The notes under the pieces: model-generated
The model's input: only the letters and a program-made list of their open reading frames with translations
The model's database searches: none
Told to the model about the DNA's origin: nothing
NCBI GenBank assembly: GCA_963793425.1
Contig: CAWCAG010000009.1
Location: 96,001 to 160,000 of the forward strand
DNA from: an uncultured cyanobacterium
GTDB lineage: Bacteria; Cyanobacteriota; Cyanobacteriia; Cyanobacteriales; CAWCAG01
Direction: 5' to 3'
DNA length: 64,000 bases
Shown: positions 30,853 to 41,651 of the stretch, piece after piece
Numbering within the stretch: position 1 is the stretch's first letter
How the letters are laid out: every line of letters begins with the position of its first letter
Program-made: the position numbers and the translations under genes

Positions 30853-31482
30853 ATGAACATAAAAACTTGGACTAGCTTTTCGGCTGTATTACTAACAACT
30901 GTTTCTGGCGCGGCAGTACCTGTTTTAGCCGAAACAGTACAAGAAACAACCAGGGCAGTTAATCCAGAAGTATTAGCCCCCGCAGAAGCTGATGAGCTTG
31001 TCTTAGCTGAAATAGTTGAAGAAACAGCTAAGGGCGTAAATTCAGAAGCTGTAGCTTCGGCAGAGTTGCCCCCCACAGAAACTGATGAACTTCTAGAAAT
31101 TGCCCTAGAAGTTGCTCCAGAAGCAGTTTTACCTCCACTTCCTTCCGAGATGCCTGAAATTCCGGAGGTAGACGTAGAAAAAGTTATCTCGCGGGCTACG
31201 GGCATGGCTTCCTGGTATGGTCCCGGATTTCATGGCCGTCGTACAGCTAACGGTGAAAGATTTAATCAAAATGCTATGACTGCGGCCCATCGCAGCTTAC
31301 CTTTTAACACCAGAGTGAGAGTTACTAACAAAAACAACGGTCGTTCTCTTGTTTTACGGATTAATGATCGTGGCCCTTTTATTCGCGGCAGAATTATTGA
31401 TGTTTCCGTTGGTGCAGCTAAGCAGTTAGGTATGTATAGCTCTGGAGTCGCCCCAGTTAAGGTAGAAGTTTTAGACGACTAA
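30853..31482 (+). CDS. rlpA: Septal ring lytic transglycosylase RlpA-family protein
   Basis: GMASWYGPGFHGRRTANGE, TAAHRSLPF, RINDRGPF. Confidence 0.9.
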   Translation: MNIKTWTSFSAVLLTTVSGAAVPVLAETVQETTRAVNPEVLAPAEADELVLAEIVEETAKGVNSEAVASAELPPTETDELLEIALEVAPEAVLPPLPSEMPEIPEVDVEKVISRATGMASWYGPGFHGRRTANGERFNQNAMTAAHRSLPFNTRVRVTNKNNGRSLVLRINDRGPFIRGRIIDVSVGAAKQLGMYSSGVAPVKVEVLDD

Positions 31483-31556
31483 TTTCAATTGCGCTCCTTT
31501 GTCTTGTGGTAATTCCCTCTAATATTTGATTAGGATCAAAAACTGAAGGGAATTAG

Positions 31557-33095
31557 ATGCGGATCTTAAATACAATTGCTGGTTTAAACACCTATAAAAA
31601 AACTCTGCCACCAGGAAAGAAAATTGCTTTAGTTGCGACAATGGGAGCGTTGCATCCTGGCCACACAAGCTTGATTAAATTGGCTAGGGAAGACGGGGAG
31701 TTAGTAATTGTTAGCATTTTTATTAACCCTTTGCAATTTTCACCTACAGAAGATTTGCAACGTTATCCGCAAACTTTTGATGCAGACTGTCAATTATGCG
31801 AACAATTAGGGGTTGATGTAGTTTTTGCTCCCACTCCAACAGCGATGGGTTTGGAGCAGTTAAAAAACCCCAAGTCCCATAGCCAGATGACTATGGTAGT
31901 TCCCCCAGCAGAGATGATTTCTGTTTTGTGTGGCTTATCTAGAGCGAAACATTTTCAAGGGGTAGCTACTATAGTTACTAAGTTACTTAATATCGTAGAG
32001 CCGACAGTGGCCTTTTTTGGTCAAAAAGATGCTCAACAACTGGCGATTATTAAACGCTTAGTTAAAGATTTAAACTTATCTGTAGAAATTAAAAGCTGTC
32101 CTATTATCCGGGAAGAATCAGGACTAGCTTATAGTTCTCGCAATACTTATTTAACTCCTACTCAGCAGCAAAAAGCTGCTATTTTGTACCGTAGTTTAGA
32201 GAAGGCTCAACAAGCTTTTCTACAAGGAGAAAATAGTCGAGATCAATTGCTTTCTTTAGTGACAGAACAAATCAATTCTGTACCTGAAGTAGCCATAGAG
32301 TATGTAGAATTAGTTGATCCCATTACTTTAGAGACTTTAGGAAAGATAGTTGAAACAGGTTTACTAGCTATTGCTGCCAAGGTTGGTAATACTCGTTTAA
32401 TTGATAATATTCAACTACGCCAACCCCAGCCAGTAATCGCCATTGATGGCCCTGCGGGGGCAGGAAAATCAACGGTTGCTCGTTTAGTAGCTAATAAATT
32501 AGGTTTCCTCTTCCTTGATACCGGAGCAATGTATAGAGCAGTAACTTGGTCTGTTTTACAAAGGGGGATCGATGTTAATGATGAAGTTGGAATCGCAGAA
32601 TTAGTTAGTCAATCTGTCATCAAGCTTACTCCTGCCGATAGACCCGAAGATCCCATCAAGGTAGAAATTGATAGCCAGGATGTTACTCATTCAATTCGCC
32701 AGCCTCATATCACAGCAAATGTCTCTACCATCGCTGCTCAACCTGCTGTACGCCAGGAATTGCTTAAGCAACAACAAGAATGGGGAAAACAGGGCAGGAT
32801 CGTTGCTGAAGGAAGAGATATTGGCACTCATGTTTTTCCAAATGCAGAACTAAAAATTTTCCTCACCGCTTCAGTACGCCAAAGGGCGCTACGCCGCCAA
32901 CAAGATTTACAGAACCAAGGACAAACCAATGTTAGCTTAGAAGAACTAGAGCAAGCTATTCAGAAGCGGGATCATCAAGATGCTAACCGTCGAGTTGCTC
33001 CTTTGCGTAAAGCCCCTGGGGCGGTTGAAATCAACACCGATAATTTGAGCATCAGAGAAGTCACCCAAAGCATTATCTCCTTAACTAAATATTAG
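31557..33095 (+). CDS. panC/cmk: Bifunctional pantoate-beta-alanine ligase / cytidylate kinase
   Basis: TMGALHPGH, FGQKDAQQ, SSRN, RLIDN; then IAIDGPAGAGKST, DTGAMYRA, EGRDIG. Confidence 0.95.
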   Translation: MRILNTIAGLNTYKKTLPPGKKIALVATMGALHPGHTSLIKLAREDGELVIVSIFINPLQFSPTEDLQRYPQTFDADCQLCEQLGVDVVFAPTPTAMGLEQLKNPKSHSQMTMVVPPAEMISVLCGLSRAKHFQGVATIVTKLLNIVEPTVAFFGQKDAQQLAIIKRLVKDLNLSVEIKSCPIIREESGLAYSSRNTYLTPTQQQKAAILYRSLEKAQQAFLQGENSRDQLLSLVTEQINSVPEVAIEYVELVDPITLETLGKIVETGLLAIAAKVGNTRLIDNIQLRQPQPVIAIDGPAGAGKSTVARLVANKLGFLFLDTGAMYRAVTWSVLQRGIDVNDEVGIAELVSQSVIKLTPADRPEDPIKVEIDSQDVTHSIRQPHITANVSTIAAQPAVRQELLKQQQEWGKQGRIVAEGRDIGTHVFPNAELKIFLTASVRQRALRRQQDLQNQGQTNVSLEELEQAIQKRDHQDANRRVAPLRKAPGAVEINTDNLSIREVTQSIISLTKY

Positions 33096-33402
33096 AAAAA
33101 TAAAAATATTTGTCCCTTCCCTTTGACAGAGGAGAAACTTGAGTTAGAATTAAACTCGAAACAGCATTTTTGACGATTTTCAGGGCAAATTTATACGTTT
33201 GCCAGAAAAATCCGTTTTTTTCCGGATTTTCTTTTATCTTGGTGCTAATGTGCAATGACATCTTCGGCTTAGAAGGGTACATCTTAAGCTTATTGAAGTA
33301 GGTTATGAATTATTGATGGTTGGTTATCGCAATATGTGAGCAGCAAACATCTACCGCGTAATTTACTACCCTAGAACTGATGAGGAGTGAAAGGAAGTTT
33401 CA

Positions 33403-34356
33403 GTGGTAAGAGTGAATTCAAGGGTTATTAGACGCAGAAAGAAATTTCTCACTATTTTGGCAGTTAGTAGTTTTGCTTTAGGTATTTTTATTCCCCTCCA
33501 GCGGGCTACTCATCAAGGTGAAAGCACAGGCAGTATTTTTACTTCTTTAACTAATATTTTTAGTTCTCGTGAAGCTAAACCTAAAAATGTAGCAGCCCCA
33601 TCAAATCAGCTTTTTGGAGAAATGGCTGAAGGTCTTTATAGTAAACAGGAAGCAGAATATATAAAAAATATTACCTTTACAATTCCTGAGAGATTTAAAG
33701 GTAAAACCATCAACGATGTTCCTGTTCCCCAAGAGCGAAAAGTTGTCGCTTTAACCTTTGATGATGGCCCTTGGGAAGAAACAACCAATGATACTCTTTT
33801 TATTTTAGACAAATATGGTATTAAGGCGACTTTCTTTGTAGTAGGGCAGTACATACAAGCCTATCCAGAAATAATCAAGAAAGTTGTTCGCCATGGCCAT
33901 GCCCTTGGTAATCATACTTGGAGTCATGGTTATCATGGTTTCAGCGAAGCAGCTGCAGCAAAGGAATTAGATAACACTGCTGCTGCAATTGAAAAGTTAA
34001 CTGGTGCAAAAACCTCTCTATTCCGTCCCCCAGGAGGAATTTTAACGAATGGATTAGTGTCCTATGCCCACAAAAAGGGTTATGTTAATGTGATGTGGTC
34101 AGCAGATTCCCATGACTATCGTTCATCTAGCGCTGTAATTACTAAAAAGGTTCTTAGCCAAACTAAGCCTGGTGGGGTGATCTTACTCCATGACGGTGGA
34201 GGGAATCGCCAAAATACAGTCAATGCTTTGCCAAAAATTATTGAGTCACTGATAGAGCAGGGTTACAGTTTTGTGACTCTTCCAGAATTATTGGAAATAT
34301 CAGATCAAGCAAGTAAAGAGGCTGAAAAGCCTAAGCCAAAAGCTGTACAGCAATAG
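33403..34356 (+). CDS. Polysaccharide deacetylase (NodB/CE4), N-terminally anchored
   Basis: LTFDDGP, NHTWSH, FRPPGG, ILLHDGGG. Confidence 0.92.
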   Translation: MVRVNSRVIRRRKKFLTILAVSSFALGIFIPLQRATHQGESTGSIFTSLTNIFSSREAKPKNVAAPSNQLFGEMAEGLYSKQEAEYIKNITFTIPERFKGKTINDVPVPQERKVVALTFDDGPWEETTNDTLFILDKYGIKATFFVVGQYIQAYPEIIKKVVRHGHALGNHTWSHGYHGFSEAAAAKELDNTAAAIEKLTGAKTSLFRPPGGILTNGLVSYAHKKGYVNVMWSADSHDYRSSSAVITKKVLSQTKPGGVILLHDGGGNRQNTVNALPKIIESLIEQGYSFVTLPELLEISDQASKEAEKPKPKAVQQ

Positions 34357-34384
34357 TACAAAATTATCTCACATAAGTGATTAG

Positions 34385-34414
34385 TGTAGAGACAGACTAG
34401 ATGATATCTCTACA
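34385..34414. repeat. Degenerate GTAGAGAC-type palindrome between convergent genes
   Basis: TGTAGAGAC...ATCTCTACA. Confidence 0.55.
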
Positions 34415-34426
34415 TTTTTTAGGAAA

Positions 34427-35290
34427 TTAGCTTAAAAACTCTCTCACTTTATGGAGATAAGTTTCCCTATCTTCTAACATGGGAAAGTGAGCAGTAGCTG
34501 GAATTTCAAAATATTCTATATTCTCACTCAAAGCTGCTGCTTGCCTTCCCATAGCTGCTGGAATAATAATATCCTTTTCCCCAGCCACCAACAAAGTGGG
34601 AACTTGGAGTTGGGAAAATTCCTGGGGCATCACTTCCACAGCTTTTTTGCACACAGAAGTATAAATAGTGTTCAGGGCCGCAGCATAATCAGCCAGTAAA
34701 AAATCTTCTAAAAAGGCTTGACTTATTTTTTTAGGTAAAGAACGGTGTAAAAACCTCGCCATAAAAAGCTTATCTGCCCAAGGAAATTTCAAGAACCAAT
34801 TGTAGCGAAATTTGACCACATAACCGCCAAACTTATGAAAGGCACTAAAAGCTTTTTCGTTATATTCAAAAATACCACTACAGGTAAGAATTGCTTTTTT
34901 AACCCGGTTAGGATAGCGGTTAAGAAATACCGTTGCTATAGATGCTCCCATAGAATGAGCATTGAGATAAACTTCCTTTAAGCCCAAAGCATCTAACAAG
35001 ACTGCTAAATCATCAGCATAGTCTTCCATATCGTAATGTAGTTGGCTGGAATTGGAGTCTAATGCCCCTTGAGGAAGCCTGCTACGCCCAAACCCTCGCA
35101 AATCGTATAACAGACAGTCAAATTGGTCTGCTAGGGCTTCAGCGGTATCCTGCCAATAACGGGCTGAACCTCCCCAACCATGGATAAAGATCATAACTGG
35201 CTTCTGCTTGCCAGTTTTTGGTTGCTTAATCCATTCGTAGTAGTGTTCGACACCCCGAACATTAATGGTTTTTCTTTGCTCTATAATCAT
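34427..35290 (-). CDS. Alpha/beta hydrolase
   Basis: HGWGGS, DLRGFGRS, AHSMGA nucleophile elbow, GEKD, AHFP. Confidence 0.9.
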   Translation of the reverse strand: MIIEQRKTINVRGVEHYYEWIKQPKTGKQKPVMIFIHGWGGSARYWQDTAEALADQFDCLLYDLRGFGRSRLPQGALDSNSSQLHYDMEDYADDLAVLLDALGLKEVYLNAHSMGASIATVFLNRYPNRVKKAILTCSGIFEYNEKAFSAFHKFGGYVVKFRYNWFLKFPWADKLFMARFLHRSLPKKISQAFLEDFLLADYAAALNTIYTSVCKKAVEVMPQEFSQLQVPTLLVAGEKDIIIPAAMGRQAAALSENIEYFEIPATAHFPMLEDRETYLHKVREFLS

Positions 35291-35303
35291 TGCCAGTTAA
35301 ATA

Positions 35304-36644
35304 TTAAGCTGACTCCGGCCTGGCTAGGGAAGATGGATGGATGAGTAGTTCGGCGGTGGAACGTTTTTCTACCATCTCTTTGGTGATTAGGCAACGGCGT
35401 ACATCTTTACGGGAAGGTAACTCGTACATAACTTCCAGCATTAATTCTTCTACAATTCCCCGCAAAGCCCTAGCCCCAGTTTTACGGCGATAAGCTTCTT
35501 GGGCAATCGCCCTTACCGCATCTGGTTTGAATTCTAGTTGTACGTTGTCCATCTTCAACAGCTTTTTATACTGCTTAACCAAAGCATTACGGGGTTCTGT
35601 TAAGATAGCCATTAAAGCTTCTTCATCAAGGGGTTCAAGAACTGCGGCTACTGGTATACGCCCAACAAATTCAGGAATCATGCCAAACTTAACCAGGTCA
35701 TCCGGTTCTAACTCTTTAACCATATCTGCTACTCGTTTTTCCCTCGGCTGACTATCCCCTGGATTAACAAATCCCATTGACTTTTTGCCCACTCTCTGCT
35801 CTACCACTTTATCTAAACCAACAAAAGCTCCACCGCAAATAAACATGATGTTACTAGTATCGATCTGGATACAGTCTTGGTAAGGATGCTTTCTGCCACC
35901 TTGGGGAGGTACATTAGCAATCGTACCTTCGAGCATTTTCAAAAGGGCTTGTTGTACCCCTTCCCCAGAAACGTCCCTGGTGATGGAAGTGTTTTCGCTT
36001 TTGCGGGCAATTTTATCAATTTCGTCAATGTAAATGATGCCCCTTTGAGCTTCTTCTACATCTAAATCAGCTACTTGCAGCAGGCGTAAGAGAATATTTT
36101 CTACATCTTCTCCTACGTAACCTGCTTCTGTTAAGGTGGTAGCATCTGCCACCGCAAAGGGAACATCCAGGAATTTAGCTAAGGTTTGAGCTAATAAGGT
36201 TTTACCGCTACCCGTAGGGCCAATTAACAAAATATTCGACTTTTGCAATTCTACTGGCTCCTCAGTCCCTGTGTTACCATCTTTAGATTGAGCAAAACTC
36301 AGTCGTTTGTAATGATTGTAAACAGCAACAGAAAGCACCTTCTTGGCTTCGATTTGGCCAATAACGTGTTCGTCTAAATAGTTTTTTAGTTCCCTTGGCT
36401 TGGGAATTTGGTTCAGATTCAGGCGTTCTGATTGGGCGCGGCGCTTGGGTTGAGGTTCTTCTGGTCGATTTACAGGTTGAGGAGTAGAAGCAACAGAATC
36501 TAACAACTCCTCATCTAAAATTTCGTTACACAGCTCAACACATTCATCACAAATATAAACCCCAGGCCCAGCAATTAACTTGCGTACTTGCTCCTGGGAT
36601 TTGCCGCAAAAAGAACATTTTAGATGAGAGTCGTACTTAGACAT
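35304..36644 (-). CDS. clpX: ATP-dependent Clp protease ATP-binding subunit ClpX
   Basis: C4 zinc finger [37 protein letters not shown]. Confidence 0.98.
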   Translation of the reverse strand: MSKYDSHLKCSFCGKSQEQVRKLIAGPGVYICDECVELCNEILDEELLDSVASTPQPVNRPEEPQPKRRAQSERLNLNQIPKPRELKNYLDEHVIGQIEAKKVLSVAVYNHYKRLSFAQSKDGNTGTEEPVELQKSNILLIGPTGSGKTLLAQTLAKFLDVPFAVADATTLTEAGYVGEDVENILLRLLQVADLDVEEAQRGIIYIDEIDKIARKSENTSITRDVSGEGVQQALLKMLEGTIANVPPQGGRKHPYQDCIQIDTSNIMFICGGAFVGLDKVVEQRVGKKSMGFVNPGDSQPREKRVADMVKELEPDDLVKFGMIPEFVGRIPVAAVLEPLDEEALMAILTEPRNALVKQYKKLLKMDNVQLEFKPDAVRAIAQEAYRRKTGARALRGIVEELMLEVMYELPSRKDVRRCLITKEMVEKRSTAELLIHPSSLARPESA

Positions 36645-36659
36645 GAGATGCCTCTTAAC

Positions 36660-37364
36660 TTAAATAGGAGTAACGGTAGCTTCTGGTTTTGCTAGTTCTT
36701 GCTTGGAAATAACTTGGTCAATCAGACCGTATTCTTTAGCCTCTTGAGAAGACATAAAAAAGTCTCGCTCTGTATCAGCAGCAATTTTCTCTAGAGGTTG
36801 ATTTGTATGATTAGCAAGCAACTCGTTTAGCTCTTTTTTAACAAAAAGAATTTCTTTGGCTTGGATTTCAATATCAACAGCTTGTCCTTGAGCGCCTCCG
36901 AGGGGCTGGTGAATCATAATCCGAGCATTGGGTAGAGCCATGCGCTTGCCTTTGGTTCCTCCGGAGAGTAAAAATGCTCCCATACTAGCAGCTAAACCAA
37001 AGCATATGGTAGCAACATCAGGGCGAATTTGCTGCATAGTGTCATAAATCGCCATACCAGCATAGACTGAGCCGCCGGGAGAGTTGACATAGATTTGAAT
37101 ATCTTTATCAGGATCTTCGGCATCCAGGAATAGCAGTTGGGCAACAATTGAGTCTGCTACAGAGTCATCTATGGTGCTACCTAAGAAAATAATACGTTCT
37201 CTAAGTAATCGCGAGTAAATATCAAAGGCTCGTTCTCCCATTCCCGATTGTTCTACAACCATCGGGACAACACCAGTCGTAGAGTATATTTCTGGGGAAC
37301 GATGAGCGATGATTGGATAATTAGTGAGGCACGATTGAATCATAGAAATAAAAATTTTTGGCAA
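36660..37364 (-). CDS. clpP: ATP-dependent Clp protease proteolytic subunit (likely ATG start at 37343)
   Basis: [34 protein letters not shown]. Confidence 0.96.
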   Translation of the reverse strand: MPKIFISMIQSCLTNYPIIAHRSPEIYSTTGVVPMVVEQSGMGERAFDIYSRLLRERIIFLGSTIDDSVADSIVAQLLFLDAEDPDKDIQIYVNSPGGSVYAGMAIYDTMQQIRPDVATICFGLAASMGAFLLSGGTKGKRMALPNARIMIHQPLGGAQGQAVDIEIQAKEILFVKKELNELLANHTNQPLEKIAADTERDFFMSSQEAKEYGLIDQVISKQELAKPEATVTPI

Positions 37365-37489
37365 AGCATAGGTTATAAGTGCAGCTAAAGTATATTTTAA
37401 AACCCTAATCGCACTAGCTAAAATTCTCTCCTCTTGGGATCATTATGCCTCAATTTTTCATTAGTGGGGTTGCTTAGATGGTTATGGAG

Positions 37490-37552
37490 GTAGGGGCAAC
37501 CAACCTTTAAAGTCTTTAAAATTGACCTGTGGTACTTCTTAAAGTTGCCCTA
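37490..37552 (+). repeat. GTAG-type REP-like hairpin between tig and clpP
   Basis: GTAGGGGCAAC...GTTGCCCTA. Confidence 0.5.
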
Positions 37553-37562
37553 AGCTTGTTTG

Positions 37563-38984
37563 TCAAACTTCTTCTGCGGCAACCTCCACAGTAGCCGTAG
37601 CAGCCTCAACATCTTGCTGTTGCTCTGTTTCTGTTGGTGTTTCCTCTGTCTTTTCTTCTGTCAGAGAACCTTGAGGAAGCAATTCAACTTCTGATTGTTC
37701 GGTTAACCACTCCAGAGTTTTTTCTTTGATTAAATCTTCTTCCACTACCTGGCGCAAGCGCTCTTTGTCAAAGTCGCGATCGCCTAATTCTGCGATTACT
37801 TCTTGGATTCTTTTTTCAATCTCTGTTGCTTCTGGCTGAAGAGATTCCCGTTTGCCTACTTCTAATAGAGCTAAAGAGCGGGTTAGATTTTCAATGGCTT
37901 CAGGACGGGTGCGCTCTTTCATTTGAGCAACATTTTCCGGAGTAAACATTGTTTGGATATCCATGCCATATTGCTGCATTTGCATAGCTGTTTGGGTAAG
38001 CATGGTTTCTACTTCTTTGTCGATCATCGTTTTTGGCAAGTTTGCTTTTGCTTGCTTAAGCATTTCGGCTACCAAAGCCGCTTCAATGCTCGATTTCGTG
38101 GCTTCTTCAGCTTCCTCTTTATATCGAGCTTCTAAAGATTCCCTTAACTCTGCTATGGTTTCAAATTCGCTAATATCTTCAGCAAATTCATCATCTATTT
38201 CTGGTAACTCCTTTTCTTTGAGTTCTTTGAGGGTAACCCTAAAGTTGGCTGAAGCCCCAGCTAAATCATCTCTAGGATAGTCTTCAGGAAAAGTCACGGG
38301 AATTTCTTTAGTTTCCTCTGGATTCATCCCGATGATTCCAGCAACAATATCTTTAATAAATTTGCCTTCTTCTAGCTCTAGCTCAAAATCCTGGGCTTCT
38401 GCCCCAGAAATGTCTTCCCCTTCTTGCCCTTCTTCAGTCGCGACAAAACTACCTTTATAATCTACGATCGCCACATCCCCTTCTTGGGCTACTCTCCCTT
38501 CTACAGGAATCAAAGTTGCTTGTTCGCTCCGGCGCTCTTCTAAAAACTGCTCTATTTGTTGGGGATCATAGGTTGTTTCTTCTGCTTTAATTTGCCAACC
38601 TTTATATTCTCCTAATTCCACTTCAGGAGATACATCTACGGAGCCAGAGAAGAGCAGAGGTTCTCCTGGCTGATATTTACCAATCAACTCCTCAAAAGAA
38701 GAACGAAGTTGGTAATTGCCTAGAGCATCTATTGATTCACTTTCTACTGCTTCTTTAAAAGAATCCTGAATCAAATCTTCTAAAGCAGCAGCTCTAATTC
38801 TCTGGGGGCCAAGTTGCTGGAGAAGAATCTTCCTAGGAACTTTCCCTGTGCGGAACCCAGGAATCCTCGCAGTGCGAGATAGCTGTTTTACTACCTTCTC
38901 ATAAGCTTTTTTCGTAGCTTCAGGGGGAATCTCTATTTCCAAGCCAATCTGACTATCGGGAAGCTTTTCCTGGGTTATTTTCAT
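37563..38984 (-). CDS. tig: Trigger factor
   Basis: IPGFRTGKVP ribosome-binding motif, FPEDY; tig-clpP-clpX gene order. Confidence 0.96.
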   Translation of the reverse strand: MKITQEKLPDSQIGLEIEIPPEATKKAYEKVVKQLSRTARIPGFRTGKVPRKILLQQLGPQRIRAAALEDLIQDSFKEAVESESIDALGNYQLRSSFEELIGKYQPGEPLLFSGSVDVSPEVELGEYKGWQIKAEETTYDPQQIEQFLEERRSEQATLIPVEGRVAQEGDVAIVDYKGSFVATEEGQEGEDISGAEAQDFELELEEGKFIKDIVAGIIGMNPEETKEIPVTFPEDYPRDDLAGASANFRVTLKELKEKELPEIDDEFAEDISEFETIAELRESLEARYKEEAEEATKSSIEAALVAEMLKQAKANLPKTMIDKEVETMLTQTAMQMQQYGMDIQTMFTPENVAQMKERTRPEAIENLTRSLALLEVGKRESLQPEATEIEKRIQEVIAELGDRDFDKERLRQVVEEDLIKEKTLEWLTEQSEVELLPQGSLTEEKTEETPTETEQQQDVEAATATVEVAAEEV

Positions 38985-39396
38985 CGACGCTCTTATTTAT
39001 TTGATTTTTATGAACAACTAGTTAACTTGAGTTGGGCCTATGGCATATAGTCCTACACCAGCCCTGGTGATATTTTAAGAATTTACAACCTAATTTTCGC
39101 TCCAAGGGAGCAGATTTAGGTGCTATTAGCAATTTTTTGATGTTAACCTATTTGATGATAGTACATTGCTGGTTTCTAACCACCTAAAATCAGTAACTAA
39201 ATTTTTTACCTATTCTTGCTAAGCTAGATAGATAAACGTAATAGCTCCTAAATAGTTTATATAAATTATTCAGTCAGGTTACAATAAGGAACTGCTATTT
39301 ATAACTTAAGATAGAGCAAATTTATTCAGCTTAACTGTTACTAAAGAAAATTCTTATAAATAAAAGAAAATTTAATGAACAACGGAGGAAATCAAT

Positions 39397-40440
39397 TTGT
39401 CTGGTTCAATTAGCGTTGCTATCCTCGGAGCTACAGGAGCAGTAGGCGCTGAGCTAATCCAACTTTTAGAAAGTCGTAGCTTTCCTGTTGCCCATTTAAA
39501 GCTCTTAGCCTCTTCCCGTTCTGCCGGCCGTACCCTCAGTTTTAAAGGTGAAGGTATATCCGTAGAAGCGGTGAAGGAAGATTCTTTTGTTGATGTAGAT
39601 TTAGTGCTGGCATCGGCAGGAGGCTCCATATCCAAAACTTGGGCTAGTAAGGCAGTAGAATCTGGAGCAGTAGTCATTGATAACTCCAGCGCTTTTCGCT
39701 TGGATGCTGATGTTCCTTTAGTAGTCCCAGAAGTTAATCCTGAAGCAGCAGCAAAGCACCAAGGGATCATCGCCAACCCCAACTGCACAACAATTTTGAT
39801 GGCAGTAGCAACCTGGCCCCTCCACAAAGTTCAACCAATCAAAAGGATTATTGCCGCTACCTATCAATCAGCTAGTGGGGCTGGGGCGAGGGCAATGGAG
39901 GAAGTGAAAAAGCAGGCCCAGGCTATTTTAAACGGCGAAACCCCAGAAACCGATGCTTTTCCTTATCCTCTGGCATTCAATCTTTTTCCCCACAATAGCC
40001 CCCTCAATAATCAAGGCTATTGCGAAGAAGAAATGAAAATGGTCAACGAGACAAGGAAAATTTTTAACCAGCCAGATTTGCGGGTTAGTGCTACTTGTGT
40101 TCGTGTTCCTGTCCTGCGGGCCCATTCTGAGGCGATTAACCTAGAGTTCGAGGAGTCTTTTCCTGTAACCAAAGCGAGGGAAATAATTAGGGATGCCCCA
40201 GGGGTAAAACTATTAGGAGATTGGCAGAAAAATTATTTTCCTATGCCTATTGATGCCACAGGACGAGATGAAGTATTAGTAGGAAGAATTCGCCAAGATT
40301 TGTCCCATCCTTGTGGTCTAGAGTTATGGTTAAGCGGAGATCAAATTCGTAAAGGCGCGGCCTTAAATGCCATCCAAATTGCTGAGTTATTAGTAGAGAA
40401 AAATCTCCTCAGAAATAAAGTTACTGCGACTACTGTTTAA
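39397..40440 (+). CDS. asd: Aspartate-semialdehyde dehydrogenase (TTG start)
   Basis: GATGAVG, IDNSSAFR, NPNCTT, TYQSASGAG, RVPVLRAHSE; GGAGG upstream. Confidence 0.96.
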   Translation: MSGSISVAILGATGAVGAELIQLLESRSFPVAHLKLLASSRSAGRTLSFKGEGISVEAVKEDSFVDVDLVLASAGGSISKTWASKAVESGAVVIDNSSAFRLDADVPLVVPEVNPEAAAKHQGIIANPNCTTILMAVATWPLHKVQPIKRIIAATYQSASGAGARAMEEVKKQAQAILNGETPETDAFPYPLAFNLFPHNSPLNNQGYCEEEMKMVNETRKIFNQPDLRVSATCVRVPVLRAHSEAINLEFEESFPVTKAREIIRDAPGVKLLGDWQKNYFPMPIDATGRDEVLVGRIRQDLSHPCGLELWLSGDQIRKGAALNAIQIAELLVEKNLLRNKVTATTV

Positions 40441-40485
40441 ATACTAAGAAGAAGTAAATAAACTGAAATTGGAGAAAATACAAGT

Positions 40486-41370
40486 GTGGTAAATTTGGGA
40501 CGAGTCATTACAGCAATGGCGACACCGTTTAAGGAAGATGGTAGTATCAACTATCCTGTAGCCGAAAAGTTAGCTGATTATTTGGTAGCGAATGGAAGCG
40601 ATGGTATTGTGGTTTGTGGAACCACAGGGGAATCGCCAACCTTAACTAAAGAAGAAAAATATGAATTGTTTCAAGTAATTAAAAACGCCGTAGCCAATAG
40701 AGGGAGAGTGATTGCGGGAACAGGTTCTTATTCAACCCAAGAAGCCATCACCATTACTCAAAAAGCTGCTAAACTAGGAATGGATGGCTCACTGCAAGTA
40801 GTCCCTTACTATAACAAGCCTCCCCAAGTAGGACTATACGAGCATTTTGTCGCGATCGCCCAGGCTTGTAGCGATTTGCCCATAATGCTCTACAATGTAC
40901 CAGGTCGTACTGGTAAAAATCTGCAAACAGAAACTGTTACCAAACTTGCCGAAGTTGATAATATCGTTGCTATCAAAGAAGCTAGCGGTAGTCTTGACCA
41001 AATTAGCGATATTAGGCGCTCTACACCTTCATCTTTTGCCATTTATTCCGGGGAAGATAGTTTAACTTTACCCGCCCTTGCCGTAGGCGCTATGGGAGTT
41101 GTTAGCGTAGCCTCTCACTTAGTAGCACTTCAAATACAAGAAATGATTCAAGCTTTTGAAGTTGGTAAAACAAATGTTGCCCGCGATATTCATTTAAAAC
41201 TGTCTCCTTTGTTTAAAGCTCTTTTTTTAACAACTAACCCAATTCCTGTTAAAGGGGCTTTAAACCTCCAAGGTTGGAATGTCGGCTCTTGTCGCTTACC
41301 TCTGTGCGAAATTTCTCCGGAACTAAAAGTGGAATTAGAGATAGTATTAAAGGAGCTTTCTTTGATGTAG
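40486..41370 (+). CDS. dapA: 4-hydroxy-tetrahydrodipicolinate synthase
   Basis: [34 protein letters not shown]. Confidence 0.97.
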   Translation: MVNLGRVITAMATPFKEDGSINYPVAEKLADYLVANGSDGIVVCGTTGESPTLTKEEKYELFQVIKNAVANRGRVIAGTGSYSTQEAITITQKAAKLGMDGSLQVVPYYNKPPQVGLYEHFVAIAQACSDLPIMLYNVPGRTGKNLQTETVTKLAEVDNIVAIKEASGSLDQISDIRRSTPSSFAIYSGEDSLTLPALAVGAMGVVSVASHLVALQIQEMIQAFEVGKTNVARDIHLKLSPLFKALFLTTNPIPVKGALNLQGWNVGSCRLPLCEISPELKVELEIVLKELSLM

Positions 41371-41651
41371 TTTTGTGGGGCAGACAAGGTTGTTATGTCA
41401 CCAAGATTGAAAATATCCCCAGAAGAATTTCTAAACTTAGTTATTAATGAGAAATTATTAAAGATCAATAGAGTTAATAGCTATTTTAAAAGAAGTTTTC
41501 CCTCGAAAAGTATTTTCCAACTGAAGGATTTGTTTCCTAGCCAATTAGTTTCATCCCAAACAAACTAATCAGGCTTTGACTTAAGGAAACTACCAAGATT
41601 TTCTCTATTGCTCTTTCAACGAAAACCAATCAATTAACTTAAAGTAAATAC